Below, in pieces: positions 50,868 through 64,000 of a DNA stretch of 64,000 bases. The position numbers and the translations under genes are program-made. The notes beneath the pieces are model-generated. The model was not told where the DNA came from, searched no databases, and saw only the letters and a list, made by a program, of their open reading frames with translations. Position 1 is the stretch's first letter. The number at the start of each line of letters is the position of its first letter. Source of the DNA: Daphnia carinata (taxonomy: Eukaryota); NCBI RefSeq assembly GCF_022539665.2, contig NC_081333.1, forward strand, positions 12,834,001-12,898,000, read 5' to 3'.

Positions 50868-51401
50868 ATGGTTGTTCTCGAAAACAGTGCGGTCAGTTAC
50901 ATAATTTTTTAAAAATAATTTCTGATTAATTTTTAAGTTTGTTGTACAACGATTATAGTTTCTCACGGCGCTCACTTTAATGTACCAAAAAGCCAGGTTG
51001 CAAGGATCAGTAAGGGTGACACTAAAACGATGTAATAATAAACATATCGATTTTATTATGTTTATTATTCGTGAAAACTTGATGCATTTTTTATCGTTTC
51101 AGATGATGGAAGAAAGAAACCGATACCCAGAGTTGAACAAAGCAACAAAGAAGAGCCAGAATACAGTTGCATTTTCAGAGCAACTCTGGGAAGCAAGAAA
51201 ATAAGCACAATAGTAGAAACTTTTTTCTAGAAACTTGTTAAAACTTATTAAACTTAACTTATTCACTCCTAGGTAACTGCAGGTCTTCTATCAGAATTTC
51301 AGACTAGTTTCAGCTCCACTATTCGATCCAACATGGATGGCCTGAAAAAGCAAAAGAAATCTAAGGGGAAACGTAAATCTAAAGCTATGGCCACACAATA
51401 A
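50868..51401 (+). CDS. SRP14: Signal recognition particle 14 kDa protein (4 exons; only partly covered by the ORF track)
   Basis: Spliced: MVVLENSA-FLTALTLMYQKARLQGSVRVTLKR-YDGRKKPIPR...CIFRATLGSKKISTI-VTAGLLSEFQTSFSSTIRSNMDGLKKQKKSK. Confidence 0.92.
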
Positions 51402-51519
51402 CCTATCATTCCCAGATCCAATCTATGGTGGAAAATAAACAAAAGCATTGTATAAAAATGTTTATTGGAATTTATTCACATGCAAAGTCAACCTTTTTGC
51501 AACATGAATTGTTATTAGC

Positions 51520-54500
51520 TTAGACATTAGATAATTTATCCTGTAAATCTTTGTTAAGTTCTTCAAGGACATCAAGTGCCTCTTGTATCCCCTTTGGGAT
51601 GTCAAACACATAGCAAAGCTTAACCTGGCTTATTGCAGACCTTAAACTGAGTTTTGCTGAACTAGCAAGCTGAAGGTTTTCTTTAGACAAATCTTTCCTT
51701 AACAAATTTAGACATCTATCAACATACTTTCTACATAAACTTAGAGTTAACGTACACGACATTATATCCTTTTCCCAATTTTTTTCCTGAATGGCACTCC
51801 GATAGGACTTCTGCATTAGCTGGGCAACCCGAAACATAGTCGTTATGTCCGTATCAGCATTATCAGCTACAAGATCGGCGTATATTTCCCAAACTTGTGC
51901 ATTGTTTGTCACTTGCGACGTGAATCGACCAAGCAGTTTTTGCACCGCTGGAGCAAGCCGTCCAACCGTTTGGCCGTAGTTGTCTTCTTTGTTTTCCAAT
52001 ACGGCTTGTAGTAGAATTTTTAACACCTGTACATCTACATGTTTTTCTTTCAGATCAAGGATGCGGTTGTATGAACGGATGGCCTACAAAGTCAATCATC
52101 ATGGGTATTACGCACCGTAAAAAAAAATAATGTGAAATACCTCTTCATATTCACAGCAGTCAATGGAGACTACCATCAGGTTGTCCCAAATTTTCCAGTT
52201 ATCGTAATTACATTTTACGGCTTCTTGCAGAGCTTTCCAAGCTCGGGTTTTCTGTCCTAGTTTGGTGTAGCATTTTGCCACATTATTCCACGCCTCAAAA
52301 GACTAAGAAAGAAAACAAATAAAAGACGATTTGTTTCAATCGATAAATTCGGTTGACATACCTCTGAGTTTAGCATACAATAGCGACGGTACGCAGAAGC
52401 CGCAATTTCCCAGTCCTCAATTTCCATTGCGGAGAAGGCTAGGCGTATCCAAACACTTTCTTGCAATGAGTTGAGTTTAAGGGATTCTTGAAAGTGCGGA
52501 ATAGATTCCCGAAGCTATTTAAATAATCAGCAAAAGATAACGCACACGTATTTAAAAGTATTAAATAAAATTAAAAAAAAAAAAATAATCATTAATAAAC
52601 TTAAAAGTAAAAAACCTGTTTTTTGTTATAAAAGTAGTAGGCCCAATCTCGCTGAGCACGAGCACTTTTATGCTGGGATAACTCCCAGGCTTTCTCGTAA
52701 CAAGAGACATCATCGGTACAATTGCCAAGTAGGCACCATAGTTTGGGTGTTTCGCCTTTCGCTAATTCTTGCCGCACTATTTCTTCAGCCTAAATTTTAG
52801 AAACACACCTACGATTATGAAAGCGCAATTCCAGCGTAAATAATAGTCTAGACTTACCCTGTGCTTCTTGTCCAGTTGTTGGTAACAAGTAATTACACCC
52901 TCCCATTTATGTAATCGAATATATATGTCCAATGCACTACTGACAGCCCCAAGACTTTGGAGCACTTCAGCCAGTACACTCTGGAGTTCAAATTCAAGTG
53001 GCATCCGCGAAACATAAAAGTACTCAATTCGACGGTTTGCATATTGGCTATCTTTTGATAGAGAATCGGCTAGTTCTTGCAACTGCGACAAAGCGCGTTC
53101 GACCGAGCGGCGATGCGTCGCATCCAATTTTGACCGCATCGTCAAAGAGCTGACATGAAAACTCCAGATTTTCGGGTGGCTTAAAATGCACTGTCAAGTA
53201 ATCATCAATCTGTTACTGTTTCAGAAAAATAAGCCATTAATCTTACGTTCAGTAGCGGTGACAGTTCCTCCCAAAGCAGTTCGTCTTTAGGACAAAATTT
53301 TTCTTTTTCTGTTCTAAAACCAAATACAGAAGAGATTTAAAATTGAAAACGTTTGTGAAAAGTTTAAGCAACTTACGCATGAGCAATCAAAAGAGCCTGG
53401 TACAGAGGAGGCAAATCAGGAAGAATATTGTCATCTTTATTAATAAAGGCAATTTGGTTTAAACGGGTATCATCATCCAATTTGATATCTTTCGGTAGAT
53501 CACTAGCAATTTCTCGTTCTTTATCTACCAGCGCATCATCAATGTCACAATGAACTTTAATCGTGAGTTGAGGCAGCGCGATTTGTTGATGCTGAGTCCT
53601 CTTTCCCATCGCCCCTAATTAGAGAAATATGTTCAGTATTCGAGATTCTAATGGATGCCATTAACTATACCTGTCCATTCACATCTGAAGTTAACAATGT
53701 GATACGCTTTTTCAAAGTGAATCTTGGTTTTCTGCACCTCACCATACAATAAATGTGTGTAGCCCACTTCTAGGTGCAGCAAGGAGCTAAAATGCAGGTC
53801 AGCTTCAACATGCTTTTCAAGTTTATCAATTTCACTAACAATATCTAGAAAAGCTGAATGAAGTAATTGGGATGATTCTTCTAGGACTCGTTGGTGAACA
53901 AATATATACCTAATAAGCCACCAACCAAAGAACTTCCAGAAATGAATGTAAATTAGTGTTTCTTTTAGCTTTACATGATATAAATGCACACCTTAAAGTG
54001 GGTGAACCGCTCCTTTAAGTCATATAAGATTGTTTTGGCAACAAGCAGCAGTTGTAGGTCTTTCGTAGTTGGGAGGAGGCTTTCGGCATCAAGAATGAGA
54101 CCTTGTTTTGACACATCATCTGACCCACTATCTACTGGCATACCAAACTGATTGAAACCAAGCCAGTTGCTCTGGATAAAGCGATGCAAGGCGGAAAGTC
54201 CAATACAAAACACCTGAAAACAACTAGTCAATAGTAAAATTATTGCTAGGAATTTTATTCGCATAGGCTTCCAAAATTTACCTGCTCTCATCATTTGAAT
54301 TGTTGTCAAGAAAATTTTGAACTTCTTGCTTGATGGAAGATTGTTGTACACCAGTTTCAAAAATATTGATTGGACTAAGCTTCAAAATTTCTTCAAAGCT
54401 TCCTTCTTTAAACAATGTTACCAGTTTTTTCAGATCTAAAAATGTTTACAGTTGTTACAACGCTTTTTGATGGAATTCTTATGTCTGACTAATACCATCA

Positions 54501-54592
54501 CACAAATGAGTCAAATCTTTTGATCTGGGCAGTGTATTCAGTAGAGATAATTCCACAGCAGGAGTTATTTGGTTAGAAAATAACTCAGACAT
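51520..54592 (-). CDS. TTC27: Tetratricopeptide repeat protein 27 (Emw1 homologue)
   Basis: [90 protein letters not shown]. Start MSELFSNQ at 54592. Confidence 0.87.
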
Positions 54593-54848
54593 CTTTTTTC
54601 TCGAAGGCTTTTAGGCAATCCAGAATTACAGTGTAAGAAATTGTTCCAACCACAGTCCTTCCTTTGAATAAGCACGTGGAAGACTCCTGTGCAGACGACG
54701 TAAATCGGTAATTCAAACTGGGGGCCTGGGGTTCCTCGGGTCTCTACTCTATAAAGAAACAAGAAAGATATTTAATATGTCCATCACGTTGTGCATTTGC
54801 TGTGAGCACGTTGCTAAACGCAAAAAAAAATTAAAATGTTATAACATC

Positions 54849-54905
54849 TAAGTTTCGAACCCGTGAAATCAGTTTTATAGCCGCGTACTATGCCACAGCG
54901 CCATA
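54849..54905 (-). ncRNA. Degenerate tRNA-like A-box/B-box element
   Basis: The minus strand reads TGGCGCTGTGGCATAGTACGCGGCTATAAAACTGATTTCACGGGTTCGAAAC. Confidence 0.4.
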
Positions 54906-54983
54906 CTTCTTTTACTCACCCTCTGTACATAGGCTGCCTATACCAATGGATGACATCCAAAGCTAAATTTGGTTGGGATGTGC

Positions 54984-55054
54984 GGTCCTGGCACAGTGGT
55001 TACCACCCACGCTTTGTATTTTGTCGGTCCCGGGTTTGATTCCCGCCACCTCCA
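54984..55054 (+). ncRNA. Degenerate tRNA-like element (possible SINE head)
   Basis: GGTCCTGGCACAGTGGTTACCACCC...GGTCCCGGGTTTGATTCCCG: A-box and B-box at tRNA spacing, followed by a C-rich tract and a (CA)n at about 55247. Confidence 0.45.
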
Positions 55055-56094
55055 ATTTCAAGCCCTCCCTCCCTCCATGCTCTCCTCCCACCACCCTCCG
55101 CTCCCACCCACTTCATCGTTCAAGATTCGTCTCAACGGATTCTTCATCTCATCGGATTACGCAAGTTTCTACATCACCATCGCTTCAAATAAAAATTCCA
55201 GAAAGAAGACGAAGAAAAACGAAGAGCCATGCCTACACCTAAAAAAACACACACACACACTTGACACGTTTACAGACGTTTCACATCGATCTGTAGTACC
55301 GTTCGCTACACGTTGAAGATCGACCCACAAACTGAAGGTAGAGAAGAGGTAATCGTAGCTTGTAGGTTGTTCGTAAGTTCTCCCCATGGCCTGAAAGACG
55401 GTTCATGGATGCAGGCAGCTTATCATCGAGCTATGTGACCCTCTTCGATACCCGTAAGTTTTTGTTGGTTCTAACGCCAATAGGGCTTATAAAAAATCAA
55501 GCTATCAAATGTTGTTTATTGCAGTCAATTTAAGCGGATTATAGAAGAGTAGTATCAACTATCAATGTATGACAAAATACAGTTTTTTCAACAAATAAAG
55601 GCATGGATCGGCAATAAATTTCGTTGTAGCCAACCTTAATAAATTCTGCATAGGGAGAAAAAAACAAATGAGGGGAGCTAAAAGAAAAAAAGGGGAGAAA
55701 CGATGCTCATTACAGAGACATTCGAGACTAGTGGAGCAACGGGAATGCAAAGGGTCCTGTGGGAGGGCAAAAAGATACCACGCGTGAATCAAACAACCCA
55801 ATTAGTTTACAAAACTAAACTTACGAGTAATAGGAAGAATTTAAAAAAGCGATTCCCGCAATTGTTAAGGCTTTTAAGACAAATCGATTTGCATAGGTCA
55901 ATCAATGGCGATTGAATGAGCTTTAAGAAGTTTTTTTTAGTATGTGACATACTACAATTGTTTATCGGCTGTTAAAAATAAATATAGGGGCAAAGGGCAT
56001 ACAAATGTAAATTTCACATCATTTTAAGATGATACCCAGTTTTATCCCCTAATAAAGTAACTTATTAAGGTTATTTTTACCTATGAGGAAAATA

Positions 56095-57613
56095 TCAAAG
56101 TGAAACCAGCTTGCGGTTCACAGCTTCAGGACTGGACAAGTCAACAGGCAGGGTGGTTCCATTGCCTCCTGTGTTGCTACGCTGCTGCTGTGTGCCACAT
56201 GATGGGCTAGGCACGACGGGAGTAAGCCCTGTTCCACCCTCCATCAGCGAATCAAAGTTGAATCCCGGAATACCCGATGAAGGTGTTGTTATGGCGATTC
56301 CGGCGATTTCATGCCAGTTATTATTGGAGGACCGTGGTGGAGCATTTGCGAAAGGTGAAGCAACAGGCAACGATGTAGGACGAGGACGAGGAGCTATCGT
56401 CGGTCGCGTGAACTCGATCAATCCATCTGATGAAGAGTCGTCGCTTTCTTGACGTTCCTCTTTAATGGGCTGTTGTTGTGTATGCAAATGCTGCTGCTGC
56501 TGCTGCTGTTGTTGCTGGCCATTTGGTATAGGCATCAAATTAGGCATGGCGGGAAGAACAGGTGCCTTGTTGTTCGGGACGTAATGGGACGTCTTCCGCA
56601 TCATCTTGCACTGAGGTCGGTGAGAATCCAATAACTGTTCCAGCTCTTCTTTGTGTTTTTGCAACTGGCGGATTTCGTTCTGCAAGTTTTGCTTCTTTTC
56701 TTCCCACAGATCAGTTTCCTAGTAGCGTGAGAAATAAAAACGTTTCAAACTTTTTCGCGAGCATAATAAAACTGACAATCAAATTACTTGTTGGAGAGCC
56801 ATGGTATGATCAAGACGTCTCTTGCGGCAACGGGCAGCGGCTTGTTTGTTTCGTTCGCGACGCATCAACCTCTTGCCAGAGTCCTCACCAGGCTAAAAAA
56901 CATGAAACGTATTTTTGAGATCTTGATTCAATTAAGGCAAACCACTAACACGAATACTACCTCTTCCCTGTCGCGATCCTCTTTACGCCGGCCACCACCA
57001 CGGCGTGCGGTACCGGAAGTGAGACTCATCGTGGTACTGCTATAGCCACTGTTGCTACTACTGCTGTTACTGCCTACACTCATCCGTCTTGTTGTATTTC
57101 TCGGTGGAGGAGGTGAATCGCCATTGCTTTGCTGTGAAACAGAGGCACCTAGCCACTGTGGTTTCACATCTATAAACATATATTTTGTTGTAACTTAGAT
57201 TTTTATTTTCCTGTTAACATCAATAATACCTTGCTCAGTCGATGTTGTAACAGTTACAGTATAATTTGGAACTGATGTAGTAAATGAATTTGAAGGTACC
57301 ATTGGTGGTACAAAACCAGCTTCTCTATCATGAGACATCTGGTTCGCCGCCAAATCCAAAAATGTTTGTTCAATATTTCTAAGTGTAGTAGGGGTTAACG
57401 TGGGTGTTGTTCTAGTGGGCACACCAGTAAGTCCATCTAATAAGGACAGCTAAAACCAAAAGAAAAAAAATTGGTTATCAAACACAACAGATTACGAAAT
57501 CAGACACTTACAGTTGTAGGTGTCATTGCGTCAACAGAATTTGCCATTGTAGAGAGGATATCAGCCACCGTTAGGCGAGTGGCATCATGGTTTTCAGGAG
57601 GTGCTGAATACAT
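56095..57613 (-). CDS. kay: Fos-family bZIP transcription factor (kayak orthologue)
   Basis: GVPTRTTPTLTPTTLRNIEQTF, EAGFVPP, basic region KRLMRRERNKQAAARCRKRR, leucine zipper ending LDSHRPQC, RPTSL, FNFDSLMEGGTGLTP, polyQ. Confidence 0.92.
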
Positions 57614-57921
57614 TGCTTTCTGAAAAATGTACAGATATAAGATTAATTAGATTATTGAGGACTTGTGAATTAACTTGAAATCTAAGAAATATGACGCAGA
57701 TGTTAGTGACGCTTAACCATGGTTATTCCGATAAGACAATTCAAGGCCACAATCATACGTTTGGTGGCAGCCATGAATCTCAACGTTTATGGAAAATAGG
57801 GCCTTACAAACTTACTTATTCGGCCTAGTAGATGAAATCCCTGAACGTAAAACTAGTTTAAACGGCTGCAGAACACTAGGTTTGTAATACACACAACAAA
57901 CTTTACTACAACACAAGAGGG

Positions 57922-58204
57922 TGACTCATAATTCCGTACGATTGGGGGAAGCCTTTATACGTTCCATTATTTTCCGACTATACTATCCACCAAGAATATA
58001 CAGAAGCGGCATCCACAATTTAGTGCTACAGGCTGCCAAGCCAACTCATAAGCGATTTCGTTTTTTATCTAGCTCATATAATAGCCGCTGCACTTTATGC
58101 CAAGGAAATAGTTTTCAATTTCCAACCTCTTTTTCCTCTTACTATGTTTGGCGATGATCTCATCGGGCTGAGACGTCACGTGACTAGCGAGACTCGTGAC
58201 GTCA
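57922..58204 (-). promoter_or_regulatory. Immediate-early-type promoter of Fos: TATA, AP-1 and CRE sites
   Basis: TATAAAG on the minus strand at about 57953-57959; TGACTCA 57922-57928; GACGTCACGTGAC 58172-58184; TGACGTCA 58197-58204. Confidence 0.6.
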
Positions 58205-58985
58205 GAGGAAAAAACCTAGCTCTCTCCTCTCGGTGAAAATTCTTGAAATGTTTGTGGCGGGAAAAGGGACATGCATCAGAAATCTAACTAAAATAAATAC
58301 AATTTTTTTATGTTGAATTTTGAAAGTGTCTAATACATCTTGTACAAAATATTTCTCAATAAAAGGGCCTTAATGACGCAGATAAATGTGTACAGATTTT
58401 TAATACGCAGTAATTTGAGTAGTAACTAAACGCTTTGAAAAGAAAGGTGTGCTGCATATCGAAAGATAGAATGTTAGCTTTATCATTGATAAGACTTTTT
58501 TTTCTAGACAAAAGTATCGTTTACGCCTATCTCCTGAAAACCAAAAATGCCACTTTATATGTACTGTACGAAGCTAGTGTTGAAACTCATGATCTAAGAA
58601 GCGTTTTTCACGTGGTTTTACTTCTCTATAATGCTAATTAAAAAACGTCTGGGTTCAAGCAGAATCTTACGTGTTAAGCGTAAAAATAAACTAGTTTTCA
58701 GGTACCATTGATTATAATAACGTAGTTATAATCTCATATATTTTTGTTCATTTGTGACAATAAAATTTGCTGGTAAAATTATGCAAATGCTTAGAAATAG
58801 AAAATTTCAAACATTTTGGCAATATCATTTTGTCAAATCTGGCACTGCTGCAACATCATGTTTGTTAACTATGTTTGGCTAATACTTTAGTTGCGGGTTT
58901 GTTGTTTTCGAGTACGCTAACGTTCAACGTGTTGTTACCTGTTTTGTTTCTTTAGCTATTCGATTTCCTGCTTTAACTTGGTCGA

Positions 58986-60784
58986 ATGCCTCCTACCATA
59001 AATCCACCGCAAAATGCCGACAGAGACCGTCGACGCCAACAGGCGTCATCGGTTACAACAGCGCCTGGAGAGAGAAGGACGGATTTGGTTTGTCGGGTGA
59101 AATATTGCAACACTCTTCCAGATATTCCCTTCGATCCTAAATTCATAACTTATCCATTCGATTCCAATAGGTAATAGATATTTTAAAGTAATATTATTTT
59201 AAGCAGGCTAAATGAGGCATAGGAATAAAAACAATCAATTAATTACCATTGCAGGTTTATACAGTACAATGCCACTTCTTTGGAAAAGAACTACAAGTAT
59301 GAGTTGCTTGCTGAGCATGATCTTGGCATCACTATTGATCTAATTAATCCAGAAGCTTATGCCAAGGAGCAAAATGCTCATTTGGATCCTGCTGATGAAA
59401 GATTGCTGGAAGAAGACTCCCATCATGCACCTCAAGATGCCAAAAGGTAATTTGACAGTGATTGTTTTATCGTGAGGAGGAAATTTACAGTTTTTACCTG
59501 CAGAAAAGCACAACATGCCAAGAATGTATCCTGGTTGAGGCGTACAGAATACATTTCAACTGAAGCCACACGATTCCAGCCTATGACAATTGAAAAAGTA
59601 GAGGCTAAAGTAGGTTATAGCATGAAGAAGGCTCTCAAGGAAGAACATGTATACATGGATCATGAGAGCCAGATTAAAGCTATTGAAAAAACCTTTTCTG
59701 ATGCCAAGAAACCCATTGTGGAGCACAGCAGCAAAAAGGGCGTCACTGCCGTTGAAGTCTTGCCCGTTCTTCCCGATTTCAAGGTTACAGTTTATTATAT
59801 TGTATTACCTTTCTAGCTTATCCTAATTCTACATCTTTACCTTTCTCACCAGTTATGGAAGTATCCATGTGCCCAGGTTATCTTCGATGCAAATCCGGCA
59901 CCCGTGGATCGGCCTACTCACGTGCAAGTTGAGGAAATGTCTCAGGCTATGATTCGAGGCGTGATGGATGAAACTGGAGAACAATTTGTTGCCTACTTTT
60001 TACCAACATCGGAAACCTTGACGAAACGCGCACGAGATGCCTCCCAGTCCATCGATTACGATGACAATGACGAGTATGACTACAAAATGGCCCGTCAGTA
60101 TCATTGGAACGTCAAAAGTAAGGCCTCTAAAGGCTACGAAGAAAACTACTTTATTGTCTTCCGCGACGATGCCGTTTACTATAACGAATTGGAGACGAGA
60201 GTTCGACTGACTAAAAGGCGACCGAAACCTGGCGAGCCTGCCACATCCAACACCCGACTGGTGCTGAAACATCGTTCGTTGACATCGCGTGAGCATCGCA
60301 TGTTCCGTCAGCGCGAAAGGCAGCTGGAACCCGCCAATCAAGCTGAGGACGAAGCAGATATGGAAGAGGATGAAGAAGAAAACGACGACGAAGAAGAAGT
60401 AGAAGTCGGTAGTACACGACTGGCCAAAGAGGACGACAAAGAAGATGAAGATAAAGATGCTGAAAGTGACGCGCGTAGTGAGCGTTCTCGGTCACGCTCC
60501 CGGTCCAAGTCCAAATCTCCAAGATCTGCTAGTAGCGCAGGTTCTAGCAGTCGCTCGCGATCCTCTAGTGCAGCATCATCCCACCGTTCTGCTTCACCAC
60601 CGGCTGCAGAAGTTGACCAGGCGCAGGATAAAAAGTATTGAATATTATATACCTGCAACATCTAGACCTTGTTTTAAATATTCTTCTTGAAAATAGGAGC
60701 AGCAGTGGAAGTGGTAGTTCATCTTCATCGTCCAGTGCCAGCAGTAGCGCCAGCAGCAGTGGAAGCAGCAGCGACAGCGAATGA
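58986..60784 (+). CDS. PAF1: RNA polymerase II-associated factor 1
   Basis: [63 protein letters not shown]; acidic/Ser-rich tail. A final exon 60697-60784 ends ...SSSDSE*. Confidence 0.95.
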
Positions 60785-61277
60785 ATTCGCACAATGAAAA
60801 GAATGAAGAAAAAAAAAAAATGAAATTGAATAATAACAATCCGAGGGGTTTGTATCAATCGGCGGCGTCCATAATACAATGAGAAATGCTTTCACTTCAA
60901 TTTATTTCTCGTCAAGTTCAAGAGGGGATGAACGACTTGAAATAAACGTTCAAGGCTGGTAAAACCTTGTTCTCAACGTCTTTCTCTTGTAGACTGACTC
61001 TTCTTCAACGAATAAAAAGATGAATACAGGATTTCGCGTCTAGTAGTGGCCGAGATGAATAATATTTGCGGATTGGCGAAACAGGTGACACACCAGAAGA
61101 GAAGCAAAACGGTGATGGTGTTTCTTTTCCGGTAGTCATCGCCCATTGTTGCGATACACTTTAACTCGCCTAATCGCTCGTATGTACATAAACATCTATG
61201 AGGGGAGTGCGAATCGAGAACTGGCTATCAATCCCCATCACTCTCTCCTTTAGACAAAATAAAATTCGCGTATTAAA

Positions 61278-64000
61278 CTAGGATCCGTTCGATGCACCAG
61301 TATACGATGAATGACCTGTGCAATGAGATAAAGAAAAAAAAGAAACGGGACGAAAAAGAAAGAAAAAATCTACTCAGTTGACTATAGATTTTTTTTTTAC
61401 GTTTCTTTTTTTTCCTTTTTTTTTTATTTCTCACGACCAAACAAAAGACAAAAAAATGTCAAATTTCTTTTCTCTTTCTTATAATAGCAAATTTTTAATT
61501 ATTAATTTGTTTTTTAGCGTAGCCTCCAAGGGCTCCAAGGAATTACGGACCTGAGTTAGACGGAGTGGGTTTGGGGCTACCAGATGAATGATTAGTGACG
61601 GCCGATGCAGTAGCGGCTGCATTATTTGTAGTGGCTTGTGTACTGGCAGCAGTAGCAGAATTGCGGCATTCCTGCGACGGCCCCCATAGCCGGACCGTGC
61701 CGTCATCTGAAGCTGAAGCGAGCAGATGAGGGAAGCGCGGGTTCCAGTGAACACAATTGACCGTTCTGGAATGACCCGTCAGTGTTGCTAGAGGTAGCTC
61801 ACGACGTATATGCCACACGAAAACTTTGTTATCTGTTCGTATTAAAAATTGCGATAAAAATTTCAATTATGAATACAAAGGGGGAAAGAAATGAAAGCTT
61901 TTCTGTTTCACCTTCGCTGCCACTAGCGATGAATTCCTGTCCTAATCCACCGAAACCTGAGTGGATCGTGTAGAAACCTTGGGTCAATCCTTGGTACTTG
62001 CGCACCAAAATGCGATCCTGGTCACATTCAATCAAATCAAAGATTAAAATTAAGCAAATTGGGATCTGAATGAGAGTTTACCTGAAGATCCCACAGGTGA
62101 ACACCCTGAGTAGCGACGTTGAGCAAAGCCAAACGGCCTGTGCTGTTGACCGTGAACGACATAATTGGATGATCTTCTTGTAGTCTATCATCGTACTCAT
62201 ACAATTAGTGCAAAATAGAAATGATGGAACAAAGCCAAAATCTCTCACATGTTGCAGTCTGTCAGGTCATCAAAGTTATATCCTCTAATGCGATGATGCG
62301 TGTCGGCAGCCAGCACAGTTTTGCCGTCCATCTTCCAGGCCAGCGCTTGAACTCGAACTCCCTCCCAAGATTCCAGCACGTTTCCTTCCAAATCCTGAAA
62401 ATGCAACGCAAAGCGGATTATTAAATTTTTGTTATTTGAATGAAATAAAAATTACGCAGAGATAGAATTGTCCACGACATCCGCCAGCCACAAAACGTCT
62501 ACCATCCGGATGCCAAGCGCACGACGTCAGCGAATCCTCAGAGGCGTGCGACAATTTGGTCCTCAATTGACCCGTCTCGACTTGCCAAACCCACAGTTCT
62601 GGGCAGTCGTCGGGACCACATGCAGCCAGATGACTGCTGTCTGGGCTCCACGACAAATAAGCTACGCCGTACGAATGGCCTTCCAGCGTTTTCAAATGCG
62701 TCAGCGAACAGTTATCCTAAAGCGAAAAGGTCAAACTTAAGCAAATCAAACGTGTAAATAGCCAGATGTTTCGACACGTACCGGATCCACATTCCATATC
62801 ATCACAGTGGTGTCTTTGGATCCGGTTGCCAGTTTGGTGCCGTCGGGCGAAAACCGACAAAACCAAACTTCATCACAGTGATCGTTGAGAACTTGCAGTG
62901 TCTCCAGAGGAAGTTGTTCCCTGAATTCGCGATAACAAAAATAATTTAAGCATACTGAACCTCTTCTTCTAATTAACAAAAAAAGATTATCTATCTTACT
63001 TGGAACACAGGTGATCATTCAACAGAGATACGTTGTCAAAAGGGGCATTCGATTTCACATTATGATAAGGACAACGTTCTTTCTGAGAATCTACTGCTTG
63101 CGTTAATAAAGCGTGAAGCCTAAAATATAAAACACCCACGTTAGTCGAACGATGGTAAGAATCACGACAATAAATCAAATGTAAAAATCAAAAGAAATCG
63201 GTCACCTTCTAGGAGGTAACATGATTGACGCAGGCAAGAAGCGCTGGAGCCTCTCCATGAGAGCTCCCCGTGACAGGTGCCCTTTGCCCTGCCATCGAGC
63301 AATATCACGCAATTCTTCACCACTCGAGCACATCATAAAACCGGAAAGCTCGTGAACGCGAGCGACGTTGTGCCCGAGAGGAGTCAATTCATGACGGAGA
63401 ACGTTCAACGCCTCCATAACCCGCCCGTCTTCCAGGCACTCGAGGTATTTCTGCTCCTGAAGAAGGAATTTCATTTCGACCAAATTCTGAGGGCAGACCA
63501 AGACATTCTTCAGTTCACTCAGATCCATCTCGGCCTTATTCCAATCGCCATCCATGACGTGCTGACAAAACTTGGCAGCTGCGGGGTGATCTAGTCGACA
63601 ACCCGATTCTTGCATAAGGACTTCGGCGCTCCGACTAGAGTGACACAAAAGAAAGTGATGTATCTGAGTCTAAACGATGAAACAGACGTTTGTGCAACTC
63701 ACTGCAGTCCTATCGACGTCAAATGCTGTCCGATTATCCGTACGATTTCCTGGTCAGTTTTCGAAACAGTTTTGGGTTGAATGAGTCCATCCAATTCGGC
63801 AAAACTTTGATCAGCTTCAGCGAACAGTCCTCCATGCTTAGTGCCTCCCACAACGCCGTCAACGTCTTTTAAACCGAACAGAGACTCGGTAGCGGGGCCA
63901 CCATCATTTTTACTACCATTGTTGGCATCTTTTGACGAACAGCCATTCTTGGCCTGGATAATAAAAACAAAAGGAGTTGTAAAAGTAACGGAGGTATTTG
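61278..64000 (-). CDS. WDR26: WD repeat-containing protein 26 (GID7, CTLH complex); 5' end lies beyond the window
   Basis: LisH/CTLH ([44 protein letters not shown]) and WD40 repeats ([48 protein letters not shown]). The stop is at 61278 if the last small exon is used, otherwise 61543. Confidence 0.93.

Noticed and set aside
54976..55330. 7SK-like features (GGATGTG start, paired GATC motifs)
   Set aside because: Order and spacing do not fit 7SK (the GATC pair is about 300 nt downstream and there is no closing CACATCC); the region is better explained by a tRNA-like head.
60000..60879. Several minus-strand ORFs over the PAF1 3' end
   Set aside because: Antisense shadows of the low-complexity acidic/Ser-rich PAF1 tail.

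Overview
This is eukaryotic, gene-dense DNA with short (about 55-80 bp) GT-AG introns. The style and gene content suggest a branchiopod crustacean such as Daphnia (inference). (1) 1-23.7 kb: a galactose-3-O-sulfotransferase-like gene with a truncated upstream duplicate, then four M1 aminopeptidase N paralogues. Three are on the minus strand with Ser/Thr stalks and GPI-type tails; one is on the plus strand, has no tail and carries a TAMEN motif. (2) 23.8-38.55 kb: a repeat-rich accessory island. It holds an intron-containing pseudogene copy of APN-4 fused tail-to-tail to an RTRAF (C14orf166) pseudogene fragment, and an intact intronless 343-aa ORF made of two tandem RNxxCH (HEPN-like, Swt1-type) domains. 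It also holds a 6.3-kb non-autonomous TIR element (GGCAATCCGTTTTAC...GTAAAACGGATTGCC, AT-flanked). That element carries an unknown spliced gene, a 1.9-kb palindrome with a 342-bp identical structured core and three tRNA-like heads, and a decayed vasa-like DEAD-box gene; it ends 40 bp before the XRCC2 start codon. (3) 38.6-64 kb: conserved housekeeping genes XRCC2, centrosomin, C19orf47-like, CLCC1, SRP14, TTC27, Fos/kayak, PAF1 and WDR26 (5'-partial). The most novel candidates are the single-chain double-HEPN putative RNase and the gene-capturing TIR family around it. All family assignments come from motif recognition by eye; no database searches were run.
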